DNA of 64,000 nt from positions 448,001 through 512,000 of the forward strand of contig CAWHDP010000002.1 of assembly GCA_963828125.1 (NCBI GenBank). Reading direction: 5' to 3'. This DNA is from an uncultured Chlamydiae bacterium. Its GTDB lineage: Bacteria; Chlamydiota; Chlamydiia; Chlamydiales; SM23-39. The position numbers and the translations under genes were made by a program. The notes beneath the pieces were generated by a model that did no database searches, had not been told where the DNA came from, and was given only the letters and a program-made list of their open reading frames with translations. This document shows, one piece after another, positions 19,502-29,094 of the stretch (its first letter is position 1; every line of letters begins with the position of its first letter).

Positions 19502-20269
19502 ATGTCGACAATCACAGGTGAACTCGATGATGAAACAAAAGCAGTGGGTGGCTGCTCGCCCGCTGTTTTAGACGCTAAGATGCACGTTGACGAGATGAAG
19601 GCGGTTAGCGACTTTTACAATCCAACCGTCATCCAGAAAACGGTCTCCCAGATCCCTTATGTAACAACCCCTACCCTCTCCGAGACTGACAAATCTCTTG
19701 ACGAAAGGATGTCTCTAGTCAAAGTCGAATCGGATTTGATGGCCTACGTCGATCAGTTGAAAGCCGCCGAAGCGCAGATGGCCGGAACCGACGCCGCTGA
19801 ATCTACACCGGAGGAGCCCAATTTCCCCTTCCTCGCATGGGAAGCGCTGAAAGTAGGCCTCGCCAAAGAAAAAGCGACGAATGACCAGATCGCTCGGCAC
19901 ATTGCAGAAATCGAGAAGGGTCAAAGAGAAATTAGTTTGCTCCTCCAAGTGACAACTGAGCTCAACGGGATCAAAGATGAAGGGGGCGAAATGTCCCAGA
20001 AGTTAAAGGGTCTCTTGATTGAGCTGAAAGAGAGTGGGATCGAGCTCTGGAAAGGAGAGGGGGGATCGTTGAGTAAGGAGGAGATTTCCAAACTCAAATC
20101 GGCGACCAGCTCACAGGTAGAGCAGCTGAGATCGAATATCCAGATCATTTTTTCGACCAAAGTGCAGATGTTGATTCAGAATATTGCAACCATCCTGGAA
20201 GTGGTCAGGGGCATGATCCAACAGAACTCTAGGCTTATCAATGCAACACTAAAGCCGCCAGGACATTAA
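19502..20269 (+). CDS. T3SS-associated coiled-coil protein (candidate needle tip/SctA)
   Basis: First gene of the translocon operon; long amphipathic C-terminal helix; AGGAGAGG RBS. Confidence 0.55.
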   Translation: MSTITGELDDETKAVGGCSPAVLDAKMHVDEMKAVSDFYNPTVIQKTVSQIPYVTTPTLSETDKSLDERMSLVKVESDLMAYVDQLKAAEAQMAGTDAAESTPEEPNFPFLAWEALKVGLAKEKATNDQIARHIAEIEKGQREISLLLQVTTELNGIKDEGGEMSQKLKGLLIELKESGIELWKGEGGSLSKEEISKLKSATSSQVEQLRSNIQIIFSTKVQMLIQNIATILEVVRGMIQQNSRLINATLKPPGH

Positions 20270-20271
20270 GG

Positions 20272-20661
20272 ATGAGTACAGCTCTTTCTGAAGAAGAGGT
20301 CGAACGGTTTTACGCCTACGGCTTTGCCCACTATGGGTCAGGCAACTGGGGCGAGGCGGCCGACACGTTTCGGGTTCTTTGCCTTCGGCGGCCCATGGAG
20401 CCCCGGTTTTGGTTTGCCCTCGGCGCCACGCTGCAAGAGGCGGGGAGCTATAACGAAGCGCTCCACTCGTGGGCCATGGCGGCCCTCTTAAAAAGGGAGG
20501 ATCCCTATCCCCACTTCCACGCCGCAGAGTGTTGTTTTTCGCTCCGAATGGCGCAGGATGCAGCTAAGGCGCTTGCCGAATCGGAGATGAGAGTTCGCTC
20601 CGATCCGGCCCACCCTTTGAATCCGAAAATAGGTCTACTCAAGCGGCAGTGGAGATTGTGA
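20272..20661 (+). CDS. SycD/LcrH class II T3SS translocator chaperone
   Basis: TPR pattern FYAYGFAHY...RFWFALGATLQ...DPYPHFHAAEC. Confidence 0.92.
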   Translation: MSTALSEEEVERFYAYGFAHYGSGNWGEAADTFRVLCLRRPMEPRFWFALGATLQEAGSYNEALHSWAMAALLKREDPYPHFHAAECCFSLRMAQDAAKALAESEMRVRSDPAHPLNPKIGLLKRQWRL

Positions 20662-20662
20662 T

Positions 20663-21598
20663 ATGGGATACATAGGTCTCGATTTTCTCGACGATGAGGA
20701 ACTTCGCGCCCGTTTTGTAGAGGGGATCGCTCAGTTACCCCTCGTCGCCCCGAAGATCGACGCCCCCGTTCCGAGAAGGATTTCGTCCCTCTCCTCAATC
20801 AGCGCCTCTGAGAAGACCGCCCCCGCGCCGCGCTACGCTCCTGCGCTGAGTCCTCCTCCCAGGAGTGTGATGATCGATCTCATCAACCTCCACATGAAAA
20901 CCGAGAAGCTCGCTGGCGAAGAGGCCGATTTATTGCATCTAAGACTGCAGAAACATACCGCCGACAATGAGCGGCTCGCAAAAGAGAGGGAAGCTGCCCT
21001 AGAACAGGAGGCGATCGCCGCGCAATCGCGCGATACGTGGAGCGCCCTTGTGACGGCGGGTCGATACATTGCAGGGGCCTCGATGATCGCTATAGGGGCC
21101 GCCACAGGCGGCGTGCCAGGAGCCCTCCTCATCGCCGCCGGAGTGGTCGGAACCGCAGCGCAAGTCGCGCAGGACGTCAATGCCGTTTCGTGGTACACGA
21201 AATCGATCGAGGATCAGCAAAGAATTTCCCGCGACATCCAAACGTTTGCCACCCTGCTGCAGTTGGGGTTGGGGCTTGCGAGCGCCGTTGGAGCTTGGCA
21301 GGCCGGCGTCTGGGCAGCCGCCCAGATCAATGGGGCTTCTGTCGCCACAACGGCCGAATCGGTGATCGGCGGAGCGGCCTCCGTCGCCTCAGTGACAGGC
21401 AAAGTCGGCACGAGTTATTACGAGAAGCAAATCGCTTATTTGCAAGCGCAAACAAGAGAATGGGACACGCAGATGACGCTCAATAATCAGGCCTCTTTTC
21501 ATGCAAGCGCCGATATGAGCAAAGTCATCCAAGAGACCCAACAACAGGTAGAAGGACTCCGGAAGTCCATTGAAGCAATGATGGTAGAAATCAGTTAA
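20663..21598 (+). CDS. CopB/SctE-like major translocator
   Basis: PALSPP chaperone-binding motif (PxLxxP), coiled coil, two Gly/Ala-rich hydrophobic segments; follows LcrH. Confidence 0.75.
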   Translation: MGYIGLDFLDDEELRARFVEGIAQLPLVAPKIDAPVPRRISSLSSISASEKTAPAPRYAPALSPPPRSVMIDLINLHMKTEKLAGEEADLLHLRLQKHTADNERLAKEREAALEQEAIAAQSRDTWSALVTAGRYIAGASMIAIGAATGGVPGALLIAAGVVGTAAQVAQDVNAVSWYTKSIEDQQRISRDIQTFATLLQLGLGLASAVGAWQAGVWAAAQINGASVATTAESVIGGAASVASVTGKVGTSYYEKQIAYLQAQTREWDTQMTLNNQASFHASADMSKVIQETQQQVEGLRKSIEAMMVEIS

Positions 21599-21610
21599 GA
21601 GAGGGATCGT

Positions 21611-22351
21611 ATGGCAAAGAGTGTTGATTTATTAGATGGTAGAAAACAGGCGGGTTGCTACTGTAATTTTACGGTGCAAGATTCCGTCCATGTCAACAAC
21701 CGGGAAGACAAAGAGACGGTGACGAAGATGCAAGAGGTCAGCTTACCGGCCATGAAGGCTGGAGTTTCAACTGGCGCATCGATTTCTTTAGAGGCCCCCC
21801 TTTCGCTGAAAGAACAGATCATGGCTTTTGATCTGGACATGGTTAAGGCGATCGACGAAGAGTTGGGGAAATTAAATGCCGCCAAAATCGAGCCAAATTA
21901 TTTTCTGAAGCTGGAACAGGCCGTGGTGGCAATGCTTATGCTGCAGATTCAAATAAACAACCATGATCGGGTAAAAAAAGAGGCTTATGAGCTGAAGGTC
22001 TCTACTTCCACTAAAAAATGGGGTGAATGCCAAAAAGAGATCGGAGATCGGGGATTGAATTTTACTTGGATCACTCTAGGCGTCATGGCGCTCCAATTCG
22101 TAGCCCCGCAAAACGATCAGCCATTTATTAAATATTTTGCGGAACACGGTTGTACAAATATTTCTAACATGTTTAACGGAGAGACCCAATCTAAGCAGAA
22201 GATCGTCGATACCGTTTCTCAGCTGGCGATGGCAGAGATCAACGCCCAGATGAACAAAGGTTCATCTGACTCGTCCAGCAAGCAAGAGGTATTGAGCCTT
22301 CTGGAGAAGATGACCGAAGTGATGAGACGCGCGGCTCAAGCTCAAGGATAG
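21611..22351 (+). CDS. CopD/SctB-like minor translocator
   Basis: Single hydrophobic segment, amphipathic C-terminus, ISLEAP motif; follows the CopB-like gene. Confidence 0.6.
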   Translation: MAKSVDLLDGRKQAGCYCNFTVQDSVHVNNREDKETVTKMQEVSLPAMKAGVSTGASISLEAPLSLKEQIMAFDLDMVKAIDEELGKLNAAKIEPNYFLKLEQAVVAMLMLQIQINNHDRVKKEAYELKVSTSTKKWGECQKEIGDRGLNFTWITLGVMALQFVAPQNDQPFIKYFAEHGCTNISNMFNGETQSKQKIVDTVSQLAMAEINAQMNKGSSDSSSKQEVLSLLEKMTEVMRRAAQAQG

Positions 22352-22401
22352 ACGAGAGCGTCACTCCCGTTTCCGGCCCCTCCAGATTTTTCACGAGGGG
22401 C

Positions 22402-22443
22402 TTAGCCCGCATTTCTCACACAGACGTGAGAAATGCGGGTTAG
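22402..22443. repeat. Family-B palindromic element (TTAGCCCGCATTTCTCAC-6 nt-GTGAGAAATGCGGGTTAG)
   Basis: 14-bp perfect arms CCCGCATTTCTCAC / GTGAGAAATGCGGG with TTAG on both sides; right arm identical to 8929-8945. Confidence 0.8.
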
Positions 22444-22587
22444 CCTTTGCGATGACTGCCGCTTTAACGGCATCCTCCGGTTGACGGATCCTGGTCTTGA
22501 CAAAGTCACATTAGACAAAAATTTTGACAATAATGGCACGGGAACAGACAATTGCAAAAAGCGCTACTCCTACCGTAAGGCCTTCCG

Positions 22588-25500
22588 ATGCACCGTTCTT
22601 CTCCCCTCCTTGTCCTTGCCTCTGTTCTCACCCTCGCCTCCTTTCAGGCACATGGGATTGGGCTGTTTTCCTGGAATGTGGATGCGAGCGGAAGTTGGGA
22701 AGATAGCCATGATTGGACGCTGTCTGGTTCCTCTCCAAATAGCTACCCAAACGGTTCCTTAGATGTAGCCAGTTTTGATTACCCCATTACTGCGCCAAGA
22801 ACTGTGACTGTTTATCAGGCGTCTCCAGAAACACTCACTGTCAATTCTATCATCTTTGATAGCACGGAATCCTACTCGATCGTCCCCTACAGCAATGTCG
22901 AAATTGTTTTGTCTAGCGACAACGCCCTTTTTGGGAACATCACTGTCCTTAGCGGCGCCCATACCATCTCGACCGGTTTAAATTCCCCGTCCATCATATC
23001 TCTGCAAACAGGGGGAGAAGGGCCTGGAAGCGTGATACTAGCTGGATCCAACTCCTATTTTGCCGACACGCTCATCGGCAGCGGCATGACCCTAATGGTT
23101 GGTTCGACACAAGCGTTGTCGCCTAATTCCACCTACAACATTTCCAGCGGAGGAACGCTTGTCCTGGGAACCGGGGGAACCTACTACGACAGTCGTATGA
23201 GCTACTTAACGGACGACGAGAGTGGAGGTCCTTGGACTGTGAGTATGGGTTCGGCCAATTTACTTCTTCTGAATGGGGGTGATTTTGACGGGGTCATCGA
23301 GGGTTCAGGGGGCATTTTTTTAGTGGGGGGGACGCTCGCGCTCCAAGGGGTGAATACATTTACCGGTTATTCCATTGCGTACTCCGGCACCGAATTGTCT
23401 CTGAATGGCAGCGGGTCTCTCTCATGCCCCATTCAAGTGGGCGGAAATTTTTCTATTGCAGGAATCACCCCAAGCGCCTACGTCTTCAATCAAGTTCTCG
23501 CAGGAACGGGTCTTGTCACCTTGGGATCTAAAACCTTCGAGTTTGCCTCTGCAGAGACCTCGACGTATTCCGGCTCTTTTACAGGATCAGGAGGGATTAC
23601 CATATCGAATGGAAGCGTCGTCCTCAATGGAAGAACTGTCACGAGCGACTATTCGGGAACAACGACCATCAGCAACAGCGCGAACCTGACTGCGGCAACT
23701 GCCAATTGCATGAGTCCCAATTCTCCCATCTATCTGGCCGGCACGGGGAGTTTTGTGGTTCAGGGCTCCAATACAGTGCTCTCGATTTCAGGCGATTCAG
23801 ACAACAACTATACGATTGACATTCAAAATACCGACTTGAGCCTGCTCCAAGGGGGCGGGATGGATATAAATTTTGGCGGCGTGATCGGCGGCGCGGGGGG
23901 CTCGCTCATTCTCTCTGGAGGGGATCTCGTCCTGACTCATACAAACACTTATACAGGCGGGACTGAGGTGCAAAGCGAAGCTACGCTCGGCCTTGCCATG
24001 ACCGGATCGATTTCTTCGACGAGCTCGCTTGCTGTAGATGGGATCTTTTCGATTTCGGCCCTCTCGGGGAGCGGCTATTCCCTCTCTTCCCCTCTAACAG
24101 GAAGCGGGACGATCGTCTTGGGAGAGAAGCAACTGACTTTTGCCGACGGAGCTAGCTTCTCGGGGGGAATCGAGGGTGCTGGCGGTATTGTGGCGGCTGG
24201 CGGCGCTGTTGTCCTGAGCAACGGAACCGGAGACAACACCTATTCGGGAACGACGGAGGTCCAATCGGGCGCTACGCTCCAAGCGGGAGCGATCAATGCC
24301 CTCTCGCCCGACTCGGCGACCACCCTCGATGCAAGCGGGACGCTCAATCTCGGCGGACACAGCAACACCCTCTTGAGTCTTGCGAGCGATCAGTCCTCTT
24401 CCCAAGTCGTATTGGGAGGGGGCGTCCTGACCCTCAACGGAGGGGCGACGACCTCATTTGCCGGTTCGATCCAAGACGCCGCAGGACTCGCCTTGACGTT
24501 GGGCGCTCCCTGCGGAGGCCTCACGATTGCGGGAGGAACGGATCTGACCCTCACAAATGGGTCGAATTCGTATTGCGGAGCGACGAGAGTCGAAAATGGG
24601 ACGTTGAATATCTTTGCATCGGGCGCTCTCCCCTCGGCGACGAGCGTCACTATACTGGGAAGCGGAGTATTGAACTTAGAAGATACAAATAGCGCAGTGA
24701 GTTTGACCAACGGAGGATCCGTTTCCAACACGGGCATTTTCCACACAGCCTCTTTGATCAATACCGGAACGTTCAGTAACGCAAACCCTGGACCTGGCGC
24801 CAGTTTTTTAGGAAACGGCTCAGGCTCCTCTTTCACGATCAGCGGCGGCACGCTCACCAATGGAACCCCCGCGACGACAGATCCGAGCGTGTTCGGCGAT
24901 AGCGATACGTCGCTCTCCTTTTCGGGAGGGAATTTGAATAACAATAACGGGATCGTCTGTACAACTTACACGCAAGACTCCGGAGCGACGCTCACTTCCA
25001 TTTTCTCGGAGGTCATGTCGGCAACTCAATACGGATCTGTCACTGCGTCGGAAAATATCACTCTCGGCGGCCATCTTGTGGCCCAATCCTACGCAGGGTT
25101 CCCTCAACCTTTCAACATGAGCTTTGTCCTTTTGCAAACGGTGAGCCCTTATCGCGTGGAGGGCTCTTTTGCCTCGGAATCGAGCACCGGATTTACCTCA
25201 GCCCCGAATTTTGTCACCTCTCTCAGAGCTGTAAGCCTCTTTTTTGCCGGCTGCGATTCAGACTGGATCGACAACACGGCAAGCGGAAACTGGGGCGCGT
25301 CGGGCAATTGGGGGGGGGGTTGCGTTCCCGGCATTATGGGCAATGCCGACGATCTCGCCTTTTTTTCCGACACGGGAGGCGCCTTGACGGAAGATATCAC
25401 CGTTACTTTAGCCAACTCTGCAGGCAATGCCGCTTTGCCGATCACCCTCTACCAGCTTGACTTCAGTACAACGGATAGCGCCTACAATTACACCATCGAA

Positions 25501-27876
25501 CAATATTCGAGCGAAAGTACGATCACTTTCGATTCCAATAGTGAATATGAAATGTCCCCCGCGGTCCCTTTAATCAACGTCTATGCAGGAGCGCCCACGA
25601 TCGACGCCCCTATGATTTTGAATGAAGATACGGAGCTGCTCCTCGCAGATGGGACTCAGATGACTTTTGAGTCCAACGCATCGCTCACCTCGACAGCCGG
25701 CATACTCTTTACCGTGGGCAATTTGAATAGCGCTCCGCTTGGGAGCGGTACTTTAATCAATAACGCCACCCTTTCGCCCTCTCAATTTTTTGTCGACTCT
25801 GCGACAGTGGAAAATAATCTTGCGATTTCAGCAGGGGAATTTTTGGCCATCGTCAGCGGAGAGGCCAATGGAAATCTTTACAATGGATATTTCTATAACA
25901 ACAGTGTCGACGCCATTGCTGAGACGACCGAGGCGAGCAGCGTTGTGATCATCGGAGGGCTCGGCTCAACGATTGCAGTCAATATCGAATCGAATACGCA
26001 AATCCTTTGCGGAGGCGATGAAGGGGCGTTTTTGATCACCAGCTCTACGTCAGTCTACGAAGGAGAGCTCACCAAAGGGGTCACCGCCGTCTATAACATC
26101 GGGACAGGGGCGCAAATAGCAGCATCGGGGAACAACGCCTCATTGGTCATTAGCGGCGATGGATTGACTACAGTCTACAATATAGGCATGGGAGCCTTGA
26201 TCGGAGCCACAGGAACAGGCGGACTTTTTTCCGTGGAAGGGGCTAATACAATGATCGTGAATACTGGAAATGGCGTGCAGACAGGGGCCTTCGGGCTTGG
26301 AGGAACTGTTTCCATTTCTGATGGGACCCTATTGAATCAAGCGGGAGCCCTCTTGCAAGCGGGTAACGCTGGGAGCATGACGATCTCTGGGGGCCTTGTC
26401 ATGAACGATCTCGTCAGTACAATCGGGACCTCATCCGCAAGCCTTGTCCTCTCTGGAGGCGCCATCCAGACGGCAGGAAAGGTTCTTGCAGAAAACTACA
26501 CCCAAAGCGGCCCATCGACCTTGAACATTGAATTGACAAATTTGCCGCATCATTATGGAACGGTGCAGGCGCTGGGGATGGCTGAAGTATCGAGCTCGTT
26601 GATCGTTACAGCTCTGCCGAATTGCAGCCTGGCCGCCGGAGATACGGCCGACTTGATTACGGCCCAAGGAGGAGTCTCTGGAACTTTTTCAAACGTCGAT
26701 TTTGTGAATTTCCCCAATACGCTCATCCCTCAGATTGCCTATTTAACCAACGCCGTACAGCTCACCTTGGCCCCGACCCTGACTCCAACGGCCGCTTTTT
26801 CTTTGCCAAATTTGACCTTTGCCACGGTCAATGAATTGAATGATCGGATCGAACGGACCCTCTCCCTTGTCCACGGACGGATGATGCGCAACCGAGGTCC
26901 CTCCATTACAGCAGCAACGAATGAGCCTGTCGCGATGAATGAGATCGCCTCCGATGAAATGATTGAGCGCAATATCCATCAAGAAGCAGAGCGGATGCGA
27001 GGCCCAATGCCCCCTTGGAGATTTTACGCGGGGCCTGTCGCCTCCTATAGCGTATTCGACTCACTCGGAACCAATCAGACAGGATTCGGCGCCCATTCAG
27101 CCGGCTTTTTCACAGGATTTGACTATGCAGGCGCCGATTTTGGCGGCGGCCTCGCCTCCGAATATCTACACACTCAAGGGGCCAATAGAGGCCGCTCAGG
27201 TCATTTCCGCACCGATTTTGTCTCCCTTTCAGCATACGGGACATACCTCCCTCCAGATCTTAAAGAATTGTCCTTCTATGCGATTGGGGGCGCCGGCTAC
27301 GTAAGCAGCCGCTTTCATAGAGAGGCAGGCCCGAGCGGATCTACAATCCCTGCTATAGCTAAGCCCAATGGCTTGGAGGCCACTGCTGTCTTAGGCGCCG
27401 AATTCACATTTGCCAAAGAGATGTTTACTAGAATTCCGGAGGGCTTTAGCCTAACGCCCCTTGCCAATCTCCAATATGTCTGGAATCAACTTGAATCATT
27501 CCGAGAGCATGGAGCGGGCGTCTATGATCTCAAAGCGGGAAGCCAGATAGCGAACTCGCTCAGCTCTCTTCTCGGCACGCGGGCCGATTATTTTTTTGAA
27601 ACCAACTCCGTTGCGCTCAATACGGAATTCGATCTCGGTTGGAGACATGAGTTTTTGAACGGGCCGCGCCATGTGACGCTCGCCACGCCGAATTTTACTC
27701 AGATCCAAACCCTATCTTCACAGTATGTCGGAGTAGCCCGCACTACACTTTGGATCGGCGTCGATTTTCTTCTGACTGTATACCGCTCTTTCCAGTTAGA
27801 GGTGAGTTCCGATCTGCAATGGAATCCCGATTATTTTCAAAACTCTTTTTATTTAGGTCTCGGCGGCGCATTTTAG
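22588..27876 (+). CDS. Autotransporter (type Va) with passenger-associated beta-strand repeats
   Basis: Signal peptide; repeated N(T/S)Y(T/S)GxTxV motifs; C-terminal beta-barrel (FFTGFDY, LGWRHEF, terminal LGLGGAF). Confidence 0.9.
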   Translation: MHRSSPLLVLASVLTLASFQAHGIGLFSWNVDASGSWEDSHDWTLSGSSPNSYPNGSLDVASFDYPITAPRTVTVYQASPETLTVNSIIFDSTESYSIVPYSNVEIVLSSDNALFGNITVLSGAHTISTGLNSPSIISLQTGGEGPGSVILAGSNSYFADTLIGSGMTLMVGSTQALSPNSTYNISSGGTLVLGTGGTYYDSRMSYLTDDESGGPWTVSMGSANLLLLNGGDFDGVIEGSGGIFLVGGTLALQGVNTFTGYSIAYSGTELSLNGSGSLSCPIQVGGNFSIAGITPSAYVFNQVLAGTGLVTLGSKTFEFASAETSTYSGSFTGSGGITISNGSVVLNGRTVTSDYSGTTTISNSANLTAATANCMSPNSPIYLAGTGSFVVQGSNTVLSISGDSDNNYTIDIQNTDLSLLQGGGMDINFGGVIGGAGGSLILSGGDLVLTHTNTYTGGTEVQSEATLGLAMTGSISSTSSLAVDGIFSISALSGSGYSLSSPLTGSGTIVLGEKQLTFADGASFSGGIEGAGGIVAAGGAVVLSNGTGDNTYSGTTEVQSGATLQAGAINALSPDSATTLDASGTLNLGGHSNTLLSLASDQSSSQVVLGGGVLTLNGGATTSFAGSIQDAAGLALTLGAPCGGLTIAGGTDLTLTNGSNSYCGATRVENGTLNIFASGALPSATSVTILGSGVLNLEDTNSAVSLTNGGSVSNTGIFHTASLINTGTFSNANPGPGASFLGNGSGSSFTISGGTLTNGTPATTDPSVFGDSDTSLSFSGGNLNNNNGIVCTTYTQDSGATLTSIFSEVMSATQYGSVTASENITLGGHLVAQSYAGFPQPFNMSFVLLQTVSPYRVEGSFASESSTGFTSAPNFVTSLRAVSLFFAGCDSDWIDNTASGNWGASGNWGGGCVPGIMGNADDLAFFSDTGGALTEDITVTLANSAGNAALPITLYQLDFSTTDSAYNYTIEQYSSESTITFDSNSEYEMSPAVPLINVYAGAPTIDAPMILNEDTELLLADGTQMTFESNASLTSTAGILFTVGNLNSAPLGSGTLINNATLSPSQFFVDSATVENNLAISAGEFLAIVSGEANGNLYNGYFYNNSVDAIAETTEASSVVIIGGLGSTIAVNIESNTQILCGGDEGAFLITSSTSVYEGELTKGVTAVYNIGTGAQIAASGNNASLVISGDGLTTVYNIGMGALIGATGTGGLFSVEGANTMIVNTGNGVQTGAFGLGGTVSISDGTLLNQAGALLQAGNAGSMTISGGLVMNDLVSTIGTSSASLVLSGGAIQTAGKVLAENYTQSGPSTLNIELTNLPHHYGTVQALGMAEVSSSLIVTALPNCSLAAGDTADLITAQGGVSGTFSNVDFVNFPNTLIPQIAYLTNAVQLTLAPTLTPTAAFSLPNLTFATVNELNDRIERTLSLVHGRMMRNRGPSITAATNEPVAMNEIASDEMIERNIHQEAERMRGPMPPWRFYAGPVASYSVFDSLGTNQTGFGAHSAGFFTGFDYAGADFGGGLASEYLHTQGANRGRSGHFRTDFVSLSAYGTYLPPDLKELSFYAIGGAGYVSSRFHREAGPSGSTIPAIAKPNGLEATAVLGAEFTFAKEMFTRIPEGFSLTPLANLQYVWNQLESFREHGAGVYDLKAGSQIANSLSSLLGTRADYFFETNSVALNTEFDLGWRHEFLNGPRHVTLATPNFTQIQTLSSQYVGVARTTLWIGVDFLLTVYRSFQLEVSSDLQWNPDYFQNSFYLGLGGAF

Positions 27877-27891
27877 GCCGCCCCAAAATCA

Positions 27892-29094
27892 TTACTCTTG
27901 AATCGAGCGAACAGAAAGCGTCTTGATGCCGCGGAGAGTCGGCTCTTCAATCGTAAATTCGAGATCGTTGATCCGTATTGATTCGTCTTTCACCGGCAAA
28001 TGATCGAGCCGCGATAGGATCAAATCGCTGAGGGTGTCTCCTTCGCCGCCCGGCAAATCGGTCTCAAACTGTTGATTGAACTCAGAGAGGCTCATATCGC
28101 CGGAGAGGGTCCTCTCAATATAATGAGTTGTCTCTTCCGTAGAACTGGCTGTCGATTCTTCGCCAAAAATTTCGGCGAGAATTTGATCGAGGGTCAAAAT
28201 TCCTGTGGCTTGCCCAGATGGCTCAAGGATCACTGCAGTGCTCTGGTTATTTCGACGAAATTGCTGCAAGAGTTGCAAAATCGAGGTGTCCCGCGTCACA
28301 AACCAGGGAGAGCGGGCCGAATCGATCACTTTCTTATGGTCGCCTAGGCGAAGGAGGTCGCGCAGCGTGACAATGGCGACGATATTGTGGAAAATGCGGT
28401 GGTAGATCGGGATCATCGGCGCATAGCGGACGCTCAAGAGGCGGCGGACGTCGGCAAGGGTGGCGCTCGAGGGGGCCATCTGCACTTTCGATAGAGGGAT
28501 CATGAGTTGTCCTGCTGTCAGATTTTTGAGTTGAAAAATCTGACCGACCGCTGCATTGAATTCGTCGAGTCCCACTTCTTGCTCTTCAAACGCCATCCGG
28601 ACCTCTTCACGCGTGAGAAATAGGGAGCTTTCCCCCTTTTTGGCCATGCCGCGATGAATCAGGCGGGAAAGGGCGTCGAAGGTCCAAGTGATCGGGGTGA
28701 GAATCCGGGCCAAAAGGACCATAAGCGGCACGCAAAACATGGCCGATTGCTCTGGATGGCGGCGGGCGGCAAACATCGGGGCGAGCTCGCCAAAAATAAC
28801 GACGAGGGGCACTTGCGTAATGAAGGCGTAATCGGGGTCTAAATGGATCGATTCATACAATCTACGGGCAGACTCCGATCCGACGACGAGCGAGGCGGTG
28901 ATGCCGATGAGGGTCGTCCCAAATAGACGGGAAGGGCTCTTCAGCAGATAATTGAGCCAAATGGCTCGCTTCGTCCCAATGCTCACATAGTACTGCAGCC
29001 GCACTTTATTGAAAGAGACGCAGGCCATCTCAAAAAAGGCAAAAAGAGCCTGAATGGCTACCGAAAGGAGGGTCAGAAACAGATACAAGCTCAT
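27892..29094 (-). CDS. Hemolysin/CNNM (DUF21-CBS-CorC) family protein
   Basis: FAFFEMACVS, VVIFGELAP motifs, CBS pair and CorC-type tail. Confidence 0.88.
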   Translation of the reverse strand: MSLYLFLTLLSVAIQALFAFFEMACVSFNKVRLQYYVSIGTKRAIWLNYLLKSPSRLFGTTLIGITASLVVGSESARRLYESIHLDPDYAFITQVPLVVIFGELAPMFAARRHPEQSAMFCVPLMVLLARILTPITWTFDALSRLIHRGMAKKGESSLFLTREEVRMAFEEQEVGLDEFNAAVGQIFQLKNLTAGQLMIPLSKVQMAPSSATLADVRRLLSVRYAPMIPIYHRIFHNIVAIVTLRDLLRLGDHKKVIDSARSPWFVTRDTSILQLLQQFRRNNQSTAVILEPSGQATGILTLDQILAEIFGEESTASSTEETTHYIERTLSGDMSLSEFNQQFETDLPGGEGDTLSDLILSRLDHLPVKDESIRINDLEFTIEEPTLRGIKTLSVRSIQE

